Assembly: GCA_963708025.1 (NCBI GenBank)
Contig: CAVPSB010000026.1
Location: 1-64,000 of the forward strand
Length of the DNA stretch: 64,000 nucleotides
Reading direction: 5' to 3'
DNA from: an uncultured Candidatus Rokubacteria bacterium
GTDB taxonomy: Bacteria; Methylomirabilota; Methylomirabilia; Rokubacteriales; DASRDR01
Shown: positions 29,903 to 39,199 of the stretch, one piece after another
Position numbering within the stretch: position 1 is the first letter of the stretch
How the letters are laid out: each line of letters starts with the position of its first letter
Translations under genes and position numbers: made by a program
Notes under the pieces: generated by a model
Seen by the model: the letters and a program-made list of their open reading frames with translations, nothing else
What the model was told of the DNA's origin: nothing
Database searches by the model: none

Positions 29903-31060
29903 TCAGCCGCGGTCCCACACGGCGGCCGCGACGTCCTGTAACAGCGCGATCTTGCGCTGAACGTCGTCCTCGGTCAGGACCTGGCCGCCGCCCCCGGCGC
30001 TCGAGAAGCCGCACTGGGGACTGATGCCCAGCCGCTCGATCGGGACGAGCCGGGCCGCCTCGTCGAGGCGCCGCCGGAGCTCGTCCTTCGATTCGAGCGC
30101 GGGTGTCTTCGTGCTCACCAAGCCCAGCACCACCACCTTGCGGTCCGGCACCAGCCGGAGGGGCGTGAAGTCGCCGGCGCGAGGCGTGTCGTACTCGAGG
30201 AAGTACGCGTCGGCGTTCACCTCGTTGAAGAGCCGGTCGGCGATCGGCTCGTAGCCGCCCTCGGCCATCCACATGCCCTTCAGGTTGCCCCGGCACAGGT
30301 GGATGCCGACACCCATGGACGCGGGTCGGCCCGCGATCGCGTCGTTGATCAGTCGGACGTACCGCGCGGTGAGTCCGTCGGGATCCTCCCCGCGGCCGCT
30401 CACCTCTTCGCGCGCGCGCACGTCACAGTTGCAGGGCAGCGCGGTGTCGTCGAGCTGCACGAAGCGGCCGCCCTCGGCGGCGAGCTCGGCGATCTCCTCC
30501 CGGTAGATTCGCGCGAGATCGTCGAAGTACTCCTCGATGTCCGGGTACACGACCGGGTCGACCGCCTTCGGGCCCAGGAAGTAGTGCATCACCGTGGGCG
30601 ACGCGATCGTCACCTTGGGGACGCCCCGCCGGACGACCGTCTTCAGGAAGCGCAGGTCGTCGGCGACGATCGGCCGCGCGCGGCGGAGCTTCGCGCGAGC
30701 GTACGGCGAGGCCGGCAGCCCGGCCGACACGGATTCGGAGCGGAACCCGAGCGAGCGCAGGGCGCCGTCCTCGCGCATCCCGAAGCCGGACACCGCGTCG
30801 AGGAAGCCGGCCGACCAGCCGCGCCGGCGGAACTCGCCGTCCGTGATCGATCCGAGGCCCAGCGACTCCTGGAGCCGGACGACGTCGCTGATCGCGCGGT
30901 CCTGCACGCGGCGGTACTCGTCCGGGCCGATCTCGCCGGCCTTCGCCTGGCGGGCGGCGTCGAGCAGGTGGCCGGGCCGCAGGAAGCTGCCGATGTGCTC
31001 GACGCGGAACGGGGGATTCGTCCGGCCCGCGGGTGGACCGGATCCGGCATCTTCCACCAT
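29903..31060 (-). CDS. Cobalamin-independent methionine synthase II family protein
   Basis: HIGSFLRP, TDGEFRR, HLCRGN, LEYD, SPQCGF. Confidence 0.88.
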   Translation of the reverse strand: MVEDAGSGPPAGRTNPPFRVEHIGSFLRPGHLLDAARQAKAGEIGPDEYRRVQDRAISDVVRLQESLGLGSITDGEFRRRGWSAGFLDAVSGFGMREDGALRSLGFRSESVSAGLPASPYARAKLRRARPIVADDLRFLKTVVRRGVPKVTIASPTVMHYFLGPKAVDPVVYPDIEEYFDDLARIYREEIAELAAEGGRFVQLDDTALPCNCDVRAREEVSGRGEDPDGLTARYVRLINDAIAGRPASMGVGIHLCRGNLKGMWMAEGGYEPIADRLFNEVNADAYFLEYDTPRAGDFTPLRLVPDRKVVVLGLVSTKTPALESKDELRRRLDEAARLVPIERLGISPQCGFSSAGGGGQVLTEDDVQRKIALLQDVAAAVWDRG

Positions 31061-31099
31061 AGGTGTCCTCCGGGGGGGGGCCGCGCCGGCGGGCCGGCC

Positions 31100-32188
31100 C
31101 TACCCGATGTACCCCCGGGCGACCAGGTGCTCGGCCACGAGGACGGCGCCAGCGGCGGCGCCCATCCGCGTGTTGTGGCTGACGAGGAGGTACTTCACGC
31201 CGTTCGGCAGCACCCGGTCCTCGCGGACGCGCCCGACGGTGGTGGTCAGGCCGTTCCCGTTGTCCCGGTCGAGGCGCGGCTGCGGGCGGAAGGGGTCGTC
31301 GTGGACCTTGATCCACTCCGGCGGCGCCGAGGGGAGCGCGAGCTCGCGGGCCTCGTTGCGGACACCACGGAAGGCGTGCTTGACGTCCTCGAGCGACGCC
31401 GGGCGGCCGAGCGACGCGGAGACCGACTCGGTGTGCCCTTCCATCACGTTGGCGCGCGTGCAGGTGGCGCTGATCGGGGCCCGGTAGGGCTGGATCGCGC
31501 CGCCGAAGAGGGCCCCGAAGATCTTGTGGAGCTCCGTCTCGACCTTCTCCTCCTCCTTCGGGATGAAGGGGATGATGTTGTCGAGGATGTCCAGGCCGAT
31601 GACGCCCGGCGAGCGACCCGCGCCGGAGAGGCCTTGCATGGTCGTCACGATGGCCGACGTGAGGCCGAAGCTGTCGGCGAGTGGCTTGAGCGTGATGACG
31701 AGGCCGGCCACCGTGCAGTTCGGGATCGGCGCCACGAAGCCGCTCCAGCCCCGGTTCCTCTGCTGCTGATGTAGCAGCTCGGCGTGGTCCATGTTCACGT
31801 TGGGGACGAGGAGCGGCACGTCCGCCTCGTAGCGGAACGCGGAGGCGGTGCTGACGACGGGGGTCGTCTTCGCGAACCGGGCCTCCTGGACCCGGGCGAC
31901 CTCCGACTCGGTGGCCGAGAAGACGACGTCGAGCCCCTGCGGGTCGAACACATCACCGTTCTCGACGGGAATGGAGAGGACGTCGGCGGCCGGCTCCTCC
32001 CGGCACCACCAGCGGCGAGCCCCGGTCGTGGCGTCGAGGAGGGCCTGCCCGAAGGGTTTGCCCGCCGACCGCTCCGAGGCGGCCAGGCGCTCGATCGTGA
32101 ACCAGGGGTGGCTCTGCAGCGCGACCACGAACTGCTGGCCGGCGATGCCAGTGGCGCCGACGATCCCGACGGTATGTTTCCGGCTCAT
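31100..32188 (-). CDS. asd: Aspartate-semialdehyde dehydrogenase (archaeal/fungal-like type)
   Basis: GATGIAG, PIPNCT, MQGLSGAG, EEEKVETE, EGHT, PQPRLDRD, SHNTRMGAA. Confidence 0.88.
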   Translation of the reverse strand: MSRKHTVGIVGATGIAGQQFVVALQSHPWFTIERLAASERSAGKPFGQALLDATTGARRWWCREEPAADVLSIPVENGDVFDPQGLDVVFSATESEVARVQEARFAKTTPVVSTASAFRYEADVPLLVPNVNMDHAELLHQQQRNRGWSGFVAPIPNCTVAGLVITLKPLADSFGLTSAIVTTMQGLSGAGRSPGVIGLDILDNIIPFIPKEEEKVETELHKIFGALFGGAIQPYRAPISATCTRANVMEGHTESVSASLGRPASLEDVKHAFRGVRNEARELALPSAPPEWIKVHDDPFRPQPRLDRDNGNGLTTTVGRVREDRVLPNGVKYLLVSHNTRMGAAAGAVLVAEHLVARGYIG

Positions 32189-32294
32189 GAGTCACCTCGA
32201 ACGGGGTCAGGGGAACGGAACAGGATCGCGGGCGGAGCGCCCGCCCGGGGGTGTGGATTACCGCTTTCGACGTTCCCGTGGCATGCGTCAACCT

Positions 32295-32322
32295 ATCTTA
32301 CGGATCACCGCCGGCGAGTCAA
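32295..32322 (-). promoter_or_regulatory. Sigma70-type promoter for asd
   Basis: Minus strand TTGACT-N16-TAAGAT. Confidence 0.45.
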
Positions 32323-32459
32323 GAATGAACGAAGGGGGCCGATCGGGATCGCCCAGCGCTTGGTGGCGGGGCCGGTCGCTGCTACCATGCCGGTGCCGAT
32401 CCTGGAAGCTCCTCGGCGATGGCGCGCCGCGTGCCGGCGCAAGGGGGGAGGCCTCGGCC

Positions 32460-33254
32460 CTGACGGATCTGCCGGCGCCCGACAACGCCCGCCTGGCCCC
32501 GGCGCCGGGCGCCCGGATCGCCGTGGTCGGCGCCTGCGGGGGCACGGGGCGGCCCCTGGTCCGGGCGTGCCTGACGAACGAGCTGCGCGTCGCCGCGCTG
32601 GACCTCCCGGCCTCGCATGACCGCCATCCGGCGCCGCCCGGGGTGCTGCCCCTTCGCCTCGACGCCACCCGCGAAGCCGACGTTACCCGCGCCTTCGCCA
32701 CCCTGGAGGCGAACTGGGGCGGGCTCGACGGCCTCGTCTTCCTCGTTGGCTACACGATCGTGCCACCCCGGTCGCTCGACGAGGTCACGGCCTCGCAGTT
32801 CGACGATATCATCGCTGGCAACCTCCGGTCCGCGTTCCTGGTCACCCGGGCCGCGCTCCCCTTGCTGCGCGGGGCGGGCGGCGGGGCCATCGTCACCATC
32901 GCCTCCGGCCTCGCCGTCACCGGCTTCCAGGGCTACGGCCCGTACGCGGCCGCGAAGGCCGGGCTGGTGGCCTTGACGAAGGTCCTCGCGCTGGAGAACG
33001 CGCCGGCCATCCGGGCCAACGTGGTGGCGCCCGGCGCGATGCCGACGGCCTTTCTCGCCGGCGGCACCGGCCGGGGCGGCGACGACGCCCCGGCCACCGG
33101 TGTCGACCCGGCCCGCTACATCCCGACGATCCCGCTCGGCCGGATGGCGGTGCCCGACGACGTGGTGGGCGCCATCCTGTTCCTGATGAGCGGCGCCGCC
33201 CGTTTCATCACGGGCCAGACGCTCCACGTCAACGGCGGTCGGGTCATGCCCTGA
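32460..33254 (+). CDS. SDR family oxidoreductase (start uncertain, possible CTG after GGGGAGG)
   Basis: GACGGTG, YAAAK, IRANVVAPG, FITGQTLHVNGG. Confidence 0.85.
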   Translation: MTDLPAPDNARLAPAPGARIAVVGACGGTGRPLVRACLTNELRVAALDLPASHDRHPAPPGVLPLRLDATREADVTRAFATLEANWGGLDGLVFLVGYTIVPPRSLDEVTASQFDDIIAGNLRSAFLVTRAALPLLRGAGGGAIVTIASGLAVTGFQGYGPYAAAKAGLVALTKVLALENAPAIRANVVAPGAMPTAFLAGGTGRGGDDAPATGVDPARYIPTIPLGRMAVPDDVVGAILFLMSGAARFITGQTLHVNGGRVMP

Positions 33255-33310
33255 GTGCTGCACGACCGCTCGGCCTGACGCGGGTCGGGCCGCGCGGCCT
33301 GGAGGCGCTG

Positions 33311-34231
33311 CTACCGGGAGGCGGCGGAGATTCCCGCCCGGGCCGCTTCCGGTACATCCCACAGATACCCCCGGGGGTTGACCGGCTGCCCTCTGACGGT
33401 GATCTCGTAGTGGAGGTGCGGCCCCGAGGTTCGTCCCGTGTTCCCGCTCAGCGCGATCTGCTGGCCACGCTCGACCTTCTGGCCCTGGAGGACCTGGATC
33501 TTCTGGAGGTGCCCGTAGAGCGTCCTGATCTCGCTCCCGTGATCGAGCACCAGCGTGGTTCCGTAGTCGGGCATGACCCCGGTGAAGACCACGACCCCCG
33601 GGGCCGGCGCCTTGACCGTGGTACCGATGTCGGCGGCGATGTCGAGCCCGCTGTGGTGCTCCAGGGCGCCGGTCCACGGGGAGACCCGCCGTCCGAACTC
33701 GGAGTTGACGACCCCCCGGATCGGCCATCGCGACGGCAGCGCGGCCAGCGCCTTGCCCGCGCGCGACATGAGTCGCTCCAGCGCCCGCAGCTTCTGGCCC
33801 TCGTCGCCCACGACGGCGGCGAGCTGCTCGAGCTGGGCGGTCAGGGCGGAGGCACCGGCCCCGGCTTCGGCGACCGGCTGGCCGACGCCGCCCACGCCAC
33901 TCCGCTCCGGGATGCTGTGGGTTTCCGGGCCGAGCGGCTCCCAGATCCGGGCGTGGAGCGCCCGCCACGTCGCCATCTCCGTCTGGATCTCCGCGAGCCG
34001 CTGGCGGGTGGCGTCCAGGAGCGGGTGGTGCTCGCCACGGAGTGCGGTCAGGCTCTCGCGCTGACGGGTGAGCACGAGGTAGTCGGTCAGAATGGCGGCC
34101 GAGCCCAGCACGGTGGCAGCCAGCAGCGCCAGGGCGGCCCACGCAAGGGGGCGCGGGAAATAGAAGCGGAGGACGCGCCTCCCGTCGCCGGAGACGATCA
34201 GGAGGTTGAACCGGCCGGGCTGACTCAGCAC
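33311..34231 (-). CDS. M23 family metallopeptidase
   Basis: TM plus coiled coil, HSGLD, YGHL, GPHLHYE. Confidence 0.9.
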   Translation of the reverse strand: MLSQPGRFNLLIVSGDGRRVLRFYFPRPLAWAALALLAATVLGSAAILTDYLVLTRQRESLTALRGEHHPLLDATRQRLAEIQTEMATWRALHARIWEPLGPETHSIPERSGVGGVGQPVAEAGAGASALTAQLEQLAAVVGDEGQKLRALERLMSRAGKALAALPSRWPIRGVVNSEFGRRVSPWTGALEHHSGLDIAADIGTTVKAPAPGVVVFTGVMPDYGTTLVLDHGSEIRTLYGHLQKIQVLQGQKVERGQQIALSGNTGRTSGPHLHYEITVRGQPVNPRGYLWDVPEAARAGISAASR

Positions 34232-34235
34232 GCCC

Positions 34236-34658
34236 TCATCGCTTCAGCGAGACCACGGCGGCGGGCGTCTCCCGGACGGGTGGCGCCTCGGCCGGTCGCT
34301 CCTGGGTCATCCGGCAGTGGCCCTCGAGGAGCACGCCTTCCTCGATCACCACGACCGGCGCCTCCACGTCCGCGAAGACCCGCGCGCTCTTCCGCATCTC
34401 CACCCGCTCGGTGGCCAGGAGGCCTTCCACCAATTCTCCGCTGATGACCACCGCGCCGGCACGGATCGTCGCGTTGATGACGGCCTTCTCGCCGATGATC
34501 AGCGTGTCGGTCGAGATGATCTCTCCCTTGAACTTGCCGTTCAGCAGCACGACGCCGCTGAAGGTGTACCGGCCCTCGATCTCCGAGCCTTCGTCGAGGA
34601 ACGCGGTGAGGCCTTTGGTCCTGGCCGGAAGTTTCGAGCTCCGGTTCCACAGCAGCAT
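34236..34658 (-). CDS. Bactofilin (polymer-forming cytoskeletal protein)
   Basis: AFLDEGSEIEG, LNGKFKGEI, IEEGVLLEGHC. Confidence 0.88.
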   Translation of the reverse strand: MLLWNRSSKLPARTKGLTAFLDEGSEIEGRYTFSGVVLLNGKFKGEIISTDTLIIGEKAVINATIRAGAVVISGELVEGLLATERVEMRKSARVFADVEAPVVVIEEGVLLEGHCRMTQERPAEAPPVRETPAAVVSLKR

Positions 34659-34691
34659 GGGCGGGTGCCGTCGAGGCCGGCTCCGACCGGC

Positions 34692-34883
34692 CTACACGCG
34701 CTTGTCGTCAACGAGGTAGACCTGGCGGCCGGGTTTCTCGGCGCGGCCGGGCTCGTCGTCGAGCTCGATCTTGGCGTGGTCGCCGAGGACGGTGAGGCGG
34801 TTCAGGCTGGCACCGGCCTGGCCGTTGTCCTGTGCCCGGGGGACAGCGGCAGCCGGTTGGTCCGGGGGCTTCCGTCCAAGCAT
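34692..34883 (-). CDS. Small protein, possibly an internally deleted bactofilin
   Basis: SD GGGAGG; LTVLGDHAKIE resembles the first bactofilin strand. Confidence 0.4.
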   Translation of the reverse strand: MLGRKPPDQPAAAVPRAQDNGQAGASLNRLTVLGDHAKIELDDEPGRAEKPGRQVYLVDDKRV

Positions 34884-35096
34884 GGGAACCCTCCCTGTCT
34901 AGCGCAGCCCGGGTACCCCTCCCCCGAGGTCGGCTCGGCGGGACCCAACGGTTACCACCGTTCCCCCTTGGGTGTCAACCGGCCTCCGGACGCGCCCGGG
35001 CGTTCGTCGGCGGGGGTCCCGGAGCCGCCTCCGGCCCGCCACCGGCCGTGTGCTACCATCCTGGACACGGCCATCTCGCCGACTTTGCAGGCCAAG

Positions 35097-35978
35097 TTGA
35101 GTAGCGACTACTGGACGCTGACCGTCACCCTCGACTCCGAGGCCGCCGATGCGGTCGCCAACTTCCTCTGGGAGGTCGGGGCCACCGGGGTCGTCGAGGA
35201 AGGCGCCGACCCCCCGGTGGCGCTGCGCGCCTTCTTTCCCCCCGGGACCGAGCCGACCGAAACGCGCCGGCATCTCGAGGGCTACCTCGGGGAGCTGCGG
35301 GTCCTCGACATCCCAATCGGGCCGGGAACCGTGGAGATCAGCCGCGTCCCCGAGGAGGCCTGGGCTGACGCCTGGCGGGCCCACTTCCGACCCCTGCGGA
35401 TCGGCCGGCGCCTCCTGGTCGTCCCGCCCTGGGAGCGGCCCGCGGCGGGGCCCGGCGACGGCTCGCCCACCCTGATCCTGATCGAGCCCGGCCGTGCCTT
35501 CGGGACGGGCAGCCACGGGAGTACCCGAGCGTGCCTGGAGCTCCTGGAGCGGACCCTCGAGCGCGAGCGCGTCGAGCAGGCCCTCGACGTCGGGACCGGC
35601 TCGGGCATCCTCGCCATCGCCGCCGCTCGGCTGGGCGTCGCCTCGGTGGCGGCCCTCGACCTCGACCCGGACGCGGTCGCCGCGGCCGCCGCCAACGCGG
35701 CCCGGAACGGGGTCGCCGGGCGCGTGCGGGTGGAGCTGGGGGGGCCCGAAGCCTGGGCCGGCTCGGCGCCGCTCGTCCTCGCCAACCTCCTGGCCTCCGC
35801 GCTGGTCGCCCTCGCGCCGGCCCTGGCGCGCTGCACGACCGCCCCGGGGCGTCTCATCGCCGGCGGACTCCTCGTTCACGAGGTCCCGGCCGTCACCGCG
35901 TCGTTCGTACCCGAGGGCTTCGGGCTCGCCGAGGTCGTGGAGAGCGAGGGGTGGGCGGCGCTGCTCCTGACTCGGTGA
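35097..35978 (+). CDS. prmA: Ribosomal protein L11 methyltransferase (start approximate)
   Basis: WADAWRAHF, EPGRAFGTGSHGST, DVGTGSGIL, LANL. Confidence 0.9.
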   Translation: MSSDYWTLTVTLDSEAADAVANFLWEVGATGVVEEGADPPVALRAFFPPGTEPTETRRHLEGYLGELRVLDIPIGPGTVEISRVPEEAWADAWRAHFRPLRIGRRLLVVPPWERPAAGPGDGSPTLILIEPGRAFGTGSHGSTRACLELLERTLERERVEQALDVGTGSGILAIAAARLGVASVAALDLDPDAVAAAAANAARNGVAGRVRVELGGPEAWAGSAPLVLANLLASALVALAPALARCTTAPGRLIAGGLLVHEVPAVTASFVPEGFGLAEVVESEGWAALLLTR

Positions 35979-35992
35979 CCGTCCTTCCCCGG

Positions 35993-36742
35993 ATGCGGCG
36001 GTTCGTCATCCTTCCAGACGCGATCGAGGCGGATCGGGTCCGCTTCGATGCCGACGAGACGCATCACCTCGCCCGGGTGCTGCGCCTCCGGCCGGGCGCC
36101 CTGGTCGAGGTGGCCGACGGCGGGGGCCGGATCTTCACGGTGCGGATCGAGGCCCTCGACGCTCGAGCGGCGTGGGGCACGATCCTCGAGCGGTCGGGCG
36201 AGGGCGCCCCGGCCCGGGAGTCGCCGTGCGCGATCACCCTGGCCCAGGCCATCCTCAAGGGTGAGCGGATGAGCTGGCTGGTCCAGAAGGCCACGGAGCT
36301 GGGCGTCGCCCGCATCGTGCCGCTCGACACCGCCCGCGTGGTGGCGCGCGCCCCGGCCGGCCGCGTGACCGCCCGCCAGCAACGCTGGGAGCGCGTCGCC
36401 CGGGAGGCGGTCAAGCAGTGCGGCCGGACCGTGGTCCCGAGCGTGGAGGTCCCGCGCTCGCTGGCGGCCATGCTGGCCGAGACGGCCACCCACGACGCGA
36501 CGTGGCTTTGCTGGGAAGGCGGGGGCGTGGCGGTCGGGGAGGCGGCACGGGATGCCGGGCGCCCGTGCCGGCTGCTGCTGCTGGTCGGGCCGGAGGGCGG
36601 CTTCACGGCCGAGGAGGTCGCGCAGGCGGAGCGGGCGGGGGCGCGCGCGGTCGGGCTCGGGCCGCGCATCCTGCGGGCCGAGTCGGCGGGACTCGTCGCG
36701 ATCGCCCTGTGCCAGCACCTCTTCGGCGACCTCGGACCCTGA
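35993..36742 (+). CDS. rsmE: 16S rRNA m3U1498 methyltransferase
   Basis: HHLARVLRL, QKATELG, EAVKQCGR, VGPEGGF, LGPRILRAESA. Confidence 0.92.
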   Translation: MRRFVILPDAIEADRVRFDADETHHLARVLRLRPGALVEVADGGGRIFTVRIEALDARAAWGTILERSGEGAPARESPCAITLAQAILKGERMSWLVQKATELGVARIVPLDTARVVARAPAGRVTARQQRWERVAREAVKQCGRTVVPSVEVPRSLAAMLAETATHDATWLCWEGGGVAVGEAARDAGRPCRLLLLVGPEGGFTAEEVAQAERAGARAVGLGPRILRAESAGLVAIALCQHLFGDLGP

Positions 36743-36799
36743 GACGACCTGTGCCGACTCTCTCGCTCCGCCGACCTCGTACCGCGTTGGAACTGCGGG

Positions 36800-36850
36800 G
36801 CGCCCCCCCTCCCCCCGGCGGGTGGGGAGGGGTCGGGGGTGGGGGTGGAT
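36800..36850 (+). repeat. Family A repeat, short form
   Basis: CCCCTCCCC...GGGGAGGGG hairpin plus G-rich tail just before the archease ATG. Confidence 0.65.
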
Positions 36851-36854
36851 CCAA

Positions 36855-37277
36855 ATGACCGAACAGGGCTGGGAGCACTTCGAGGTCGAGGCCGACGTCG
36901 GCGTCCACGCCTGGGGCCCGACCCTCGATGCCTGCTTCCGGCAGTGCGCCCTCGGGGTCTTCACCCTCATCGTGCCCATCGAGGCAGTCGCCCCGGTCGA
37001 GACGCGGGAGGTCGGCGCCCAGGCCGAGACGGTGGAGGCCCTGCTGGTGAGCTGGATCAACGAGCTCCTCTACCTGCACGAGGTGGAGGGCTTTGCCGTG
37101 CACGACGTGGCCGAGCCCCGCATCGAGGGGACCCGGGCCCACGGAACCCTGACGGGGGAGCCCATGGACCTCGCCCGCCACCCGCTGGGCATCCAGGTCA
37201 AGGCGGCGACGTTTCATCAGCTGGCTCTCGACCGGCGGCCGGACCACGTGGACGCCCGGCTCGTCCTGGACATCTGA
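36855..37277 (+). CDS. Archease
   Basis: EHFEVEADVG, LLVSWINELLY, QVKAATFH, LVLDI C-terminus. Confidence 0.85.
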   Translation: MTEQGWEHFEVEADVGVHAWGPTLDACFRQCALGVFTLIVPIEAVAPVETREVGAQAETVEALLVSWINELLYLHEVEGFAVHDVAEPRIEGTRAHGTLTGEPMDLARHPLGIQVKAATFHQLALDRRPDHVDARLVLDI

Positions 37278-37291
37278 AGGCGTGTGAAGCA

Positions 37292-37385
37292 GGGGGTTCC
37301 TCCGACTCCTCGCCTCCCCCCGGCGAAAGGCCGAAGGCCGTCCAGCGGTCGGGGAGGGGGGCTGAGGGGGCGGGCGGGGAGGCCT
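37292..37385 (+). repeat. Family A repeat
   Basis: CCTCCCC...GGCC-GAA-GGCC...GGGGAGGGGGGCTGAGGGGGCGGGCGGGGAGG. Confidence 0.75.
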
Positions 37386-37536
37386 CAACCGTTGCATTAT
37401 TGAAACACTTCGAGGGGTGGTGTCGTTTTGTCCGCGCAACGCGGTGTGTCAGACCCGGTGCCGCCACCGGGCCGTTCCCTGGAGAAATTCGCGGATTGTG
37501 AGCCGATTCATCGAGTCTGCCTACCCGGGGTTACCG

Positions 37537-37552
37537 TGGCACCAGTCTTGCT
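37537..37552 (+). promoter_or_regulatory. Sigma54 promoter upstream of lpxC
   Basis: Exact consensus TGGCAC-CAGTC-TTGCT ending 36 nt before the ATG; AT-rich tract at ~37390-37410. Confidence 0.7.
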
Positions 37553-37588
37553 CGGCTTACCCCCTGGGTCCAGGGAGGGTCCCTGTCT

Positions 37589-38524
37589 ATGGAGTTGCAG
37601 CACACCATTCGGAAGGCCGTTGTCTGCCGGGGCGTGGGGCTCCATACGGGCATTCCGGTGGCAATGACACTGTCGCCCGCGCCGCCGGATCACGGCATCG
37701 TCTTCCGCATCCTTCCGGCGGGTGTCGATGTCCCGGTGCGGCCGGGGTCACTGCTGAACGGCCACTACGCGACGACGATCGGGATTGGCGGAACCAACGG
37801 CGTCTCCGGCGTGGTTCAGATCCAGACCGTGGAGCACCTCCTGGCCGCGCTGCGCGCGCTGGGCATCGACAACGCGCTGGTGGAGATGGACGCGGCCGAG
37901 GTGCCGGCCATGGACGGCAGCGCCGCGCCGTTCGTCTCCCTCCTCTACGCCGCCGGCCGCGAGGGCCAGCCGGCCGCTCGGCGGCCGCTGTGGGTCACGG
38001 ACACGATCCGGGTGGGCGACGAAGGCCGCTGGATTCAGATCTCCCCGGCGCCGGAGTTCCGAATCAGCTACACGCTCGACGTGGATCACCCGATGGTCGG
38101 GGTGCAGGTGGTCTCCATTGCCCCGACCGAGGAGCGCTTCGTGGAGGAGGTCGCCTCCGCCCGGACGTACGGCTTCCTCAAGGACGTGGATCTGCTGCGC
38201 CAGCAGGGGCTGGCGCTGGGAGGCTCACCCGACAACGCGGTCATCCTGGGCGAGGAGCGCGTGCTCAACGGTGCCCTCCGCTTCCGTGACGAATTCGTGC
38301 GGCACAAGATCCTCGACGTGATCGGCGATCTGACCCTGGTCGGGCGCCCGGTCGTCGGGCACGTGGTCGCCCGCAACGCCGGGCACGCGCTGAACCACCT
38401 CCTGGTGCGCGAGATTGCCCACCGTGCCCGGCGCCCGCACGATGGGGTGGTCCGGGCCGTCTCGCACGCCGTCACCCGCTCGGAAGGGGAAGCGCGCCAG
38501 GCCTCCGGCGTGGCCGCGACCTAG
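37589..38524 (+). CDS. lpxC: UDP-3-O-acyl-N-acetylglucosamine deacetylase
   Basis: QHTI, GVGLHTG, TVEHLLAAL, MDGSA, ARTYGF, RHKILD, GHALN. Confidence 0.95.
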   Translation: MELQHTIRKAVVCRGVGLHTGIPVAMTLSPAPPDHGIVFRILPAGVDVPVRPGSLLNGHYATTIGIGGTNGVSGVVQIQTVEHLLAALRALGIDNALVEMDAAEVPAMDGSAAPFVSLLYAAGREGQPAARRPLWVTDTIRVGDEGRWIQISPAPEFRISYTLDVDHPMVGVQVVSIAPTEERFVEEVASARTYGFLKDVDLLRQQGLALGGSPDNAVILGEERVLNGALRFRDEFVRHKILDVIGDLTLVGRPVVGHVVARNAGHALNHLLVREIAHRARRPHDGVVRAVSHAVTRSEGEARQASGVAAT

Positions 38525-38569
38525 CTCCCGTCCCTTCGCCGACTCCGGCGCGGCGTTGGAGTTTGCCCT

Positions 38570-38598
38570 TTCACCGTCGCGAATCGCAACGCTATAAT
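38570..38598 (+). promoter_or_regulatory. Sigma70-type promoter for DUF4390-ntrY-ntrX
   Basis: TTCACC-N17-TATAAT; ATG 8 nt downstream, no SD. Confidence 0.55.
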
Positions 38599-38606
38599 GC
38601 TGGTCT

Positions 38607-39194
38607 ATGCTCAGCCCGCGCTCGACGCCGAGAGCGCTGGCGGCCTCGTTGGTGCTTGTGCTCCTGCTCGCCGAGCTCGTGTGGGCCGGGCCCCTGCGGA
38701 TCTCGAACCTGGTCGTCACGAACTCGGAGAGGACGATACTGGTCAACCTGGTGCTCCTGGGCTCGCTGCCCGAAGGCATCGTGGAGGGCCTGGGGACGGG
38801 CATCCCGGCGACGGTCCGCTATCAGGTCGAGTTGTGGCAGTACAACTCCTGGTGGTTCAACCGTCGCATCGCGGCGAAGATCTTGGAGCGGCAGGTAGTC
38901 TACGACGTGCTCACCAAGGAGTACCGGGTCTCGGCGGTGCAGGGAGAGGAGCGGGATCCCTACGTGACCCGTGACATCTGGGAGGCCGAGCGGGTCATCT
39001 CCGAGGTCCGGACCCTGCCGCTGGTTCCGATCGGGAGCCTCCGTGGCCAGGACCTCTATTACGTGCGGGCCCGGGCCGACCTGCGCTCGGGCGCCCCCGA
39101 CTCGTCGTTCTCGAAGATCGTGCCGTTCTGGTCCTTCCGGGTCGAGACCGAGTGGGAGCAGTCGCCGTTGCTGACGATCAGCCGGGCGAGATAG
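38607..39194 (+). CDS. DUF4390 domain exported protein
   Basis: Signal peptide, YDVLTKEYRV, ETEW; typical position upstream of ntrY. Confidence 0.75.
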   Translation: MLSPRSTPRALAASLVLVLLLAELVWAGPLRISNLVVTNSERTILVNLVLLGSLPEGIVEGLGTGIPATVRYQVELWQYNSWWFNRRIAAKILERQVVYDVLTKEYRVSAVQGEERDPYVTRDIWEAERVISEVRTLPLVPIGSLRGQDLYYVRARADLRSGAPDSSFSKIVPFWSFRVETEWEQSPLLTISRAR

Positions 39195-39199
39195 CCGCA

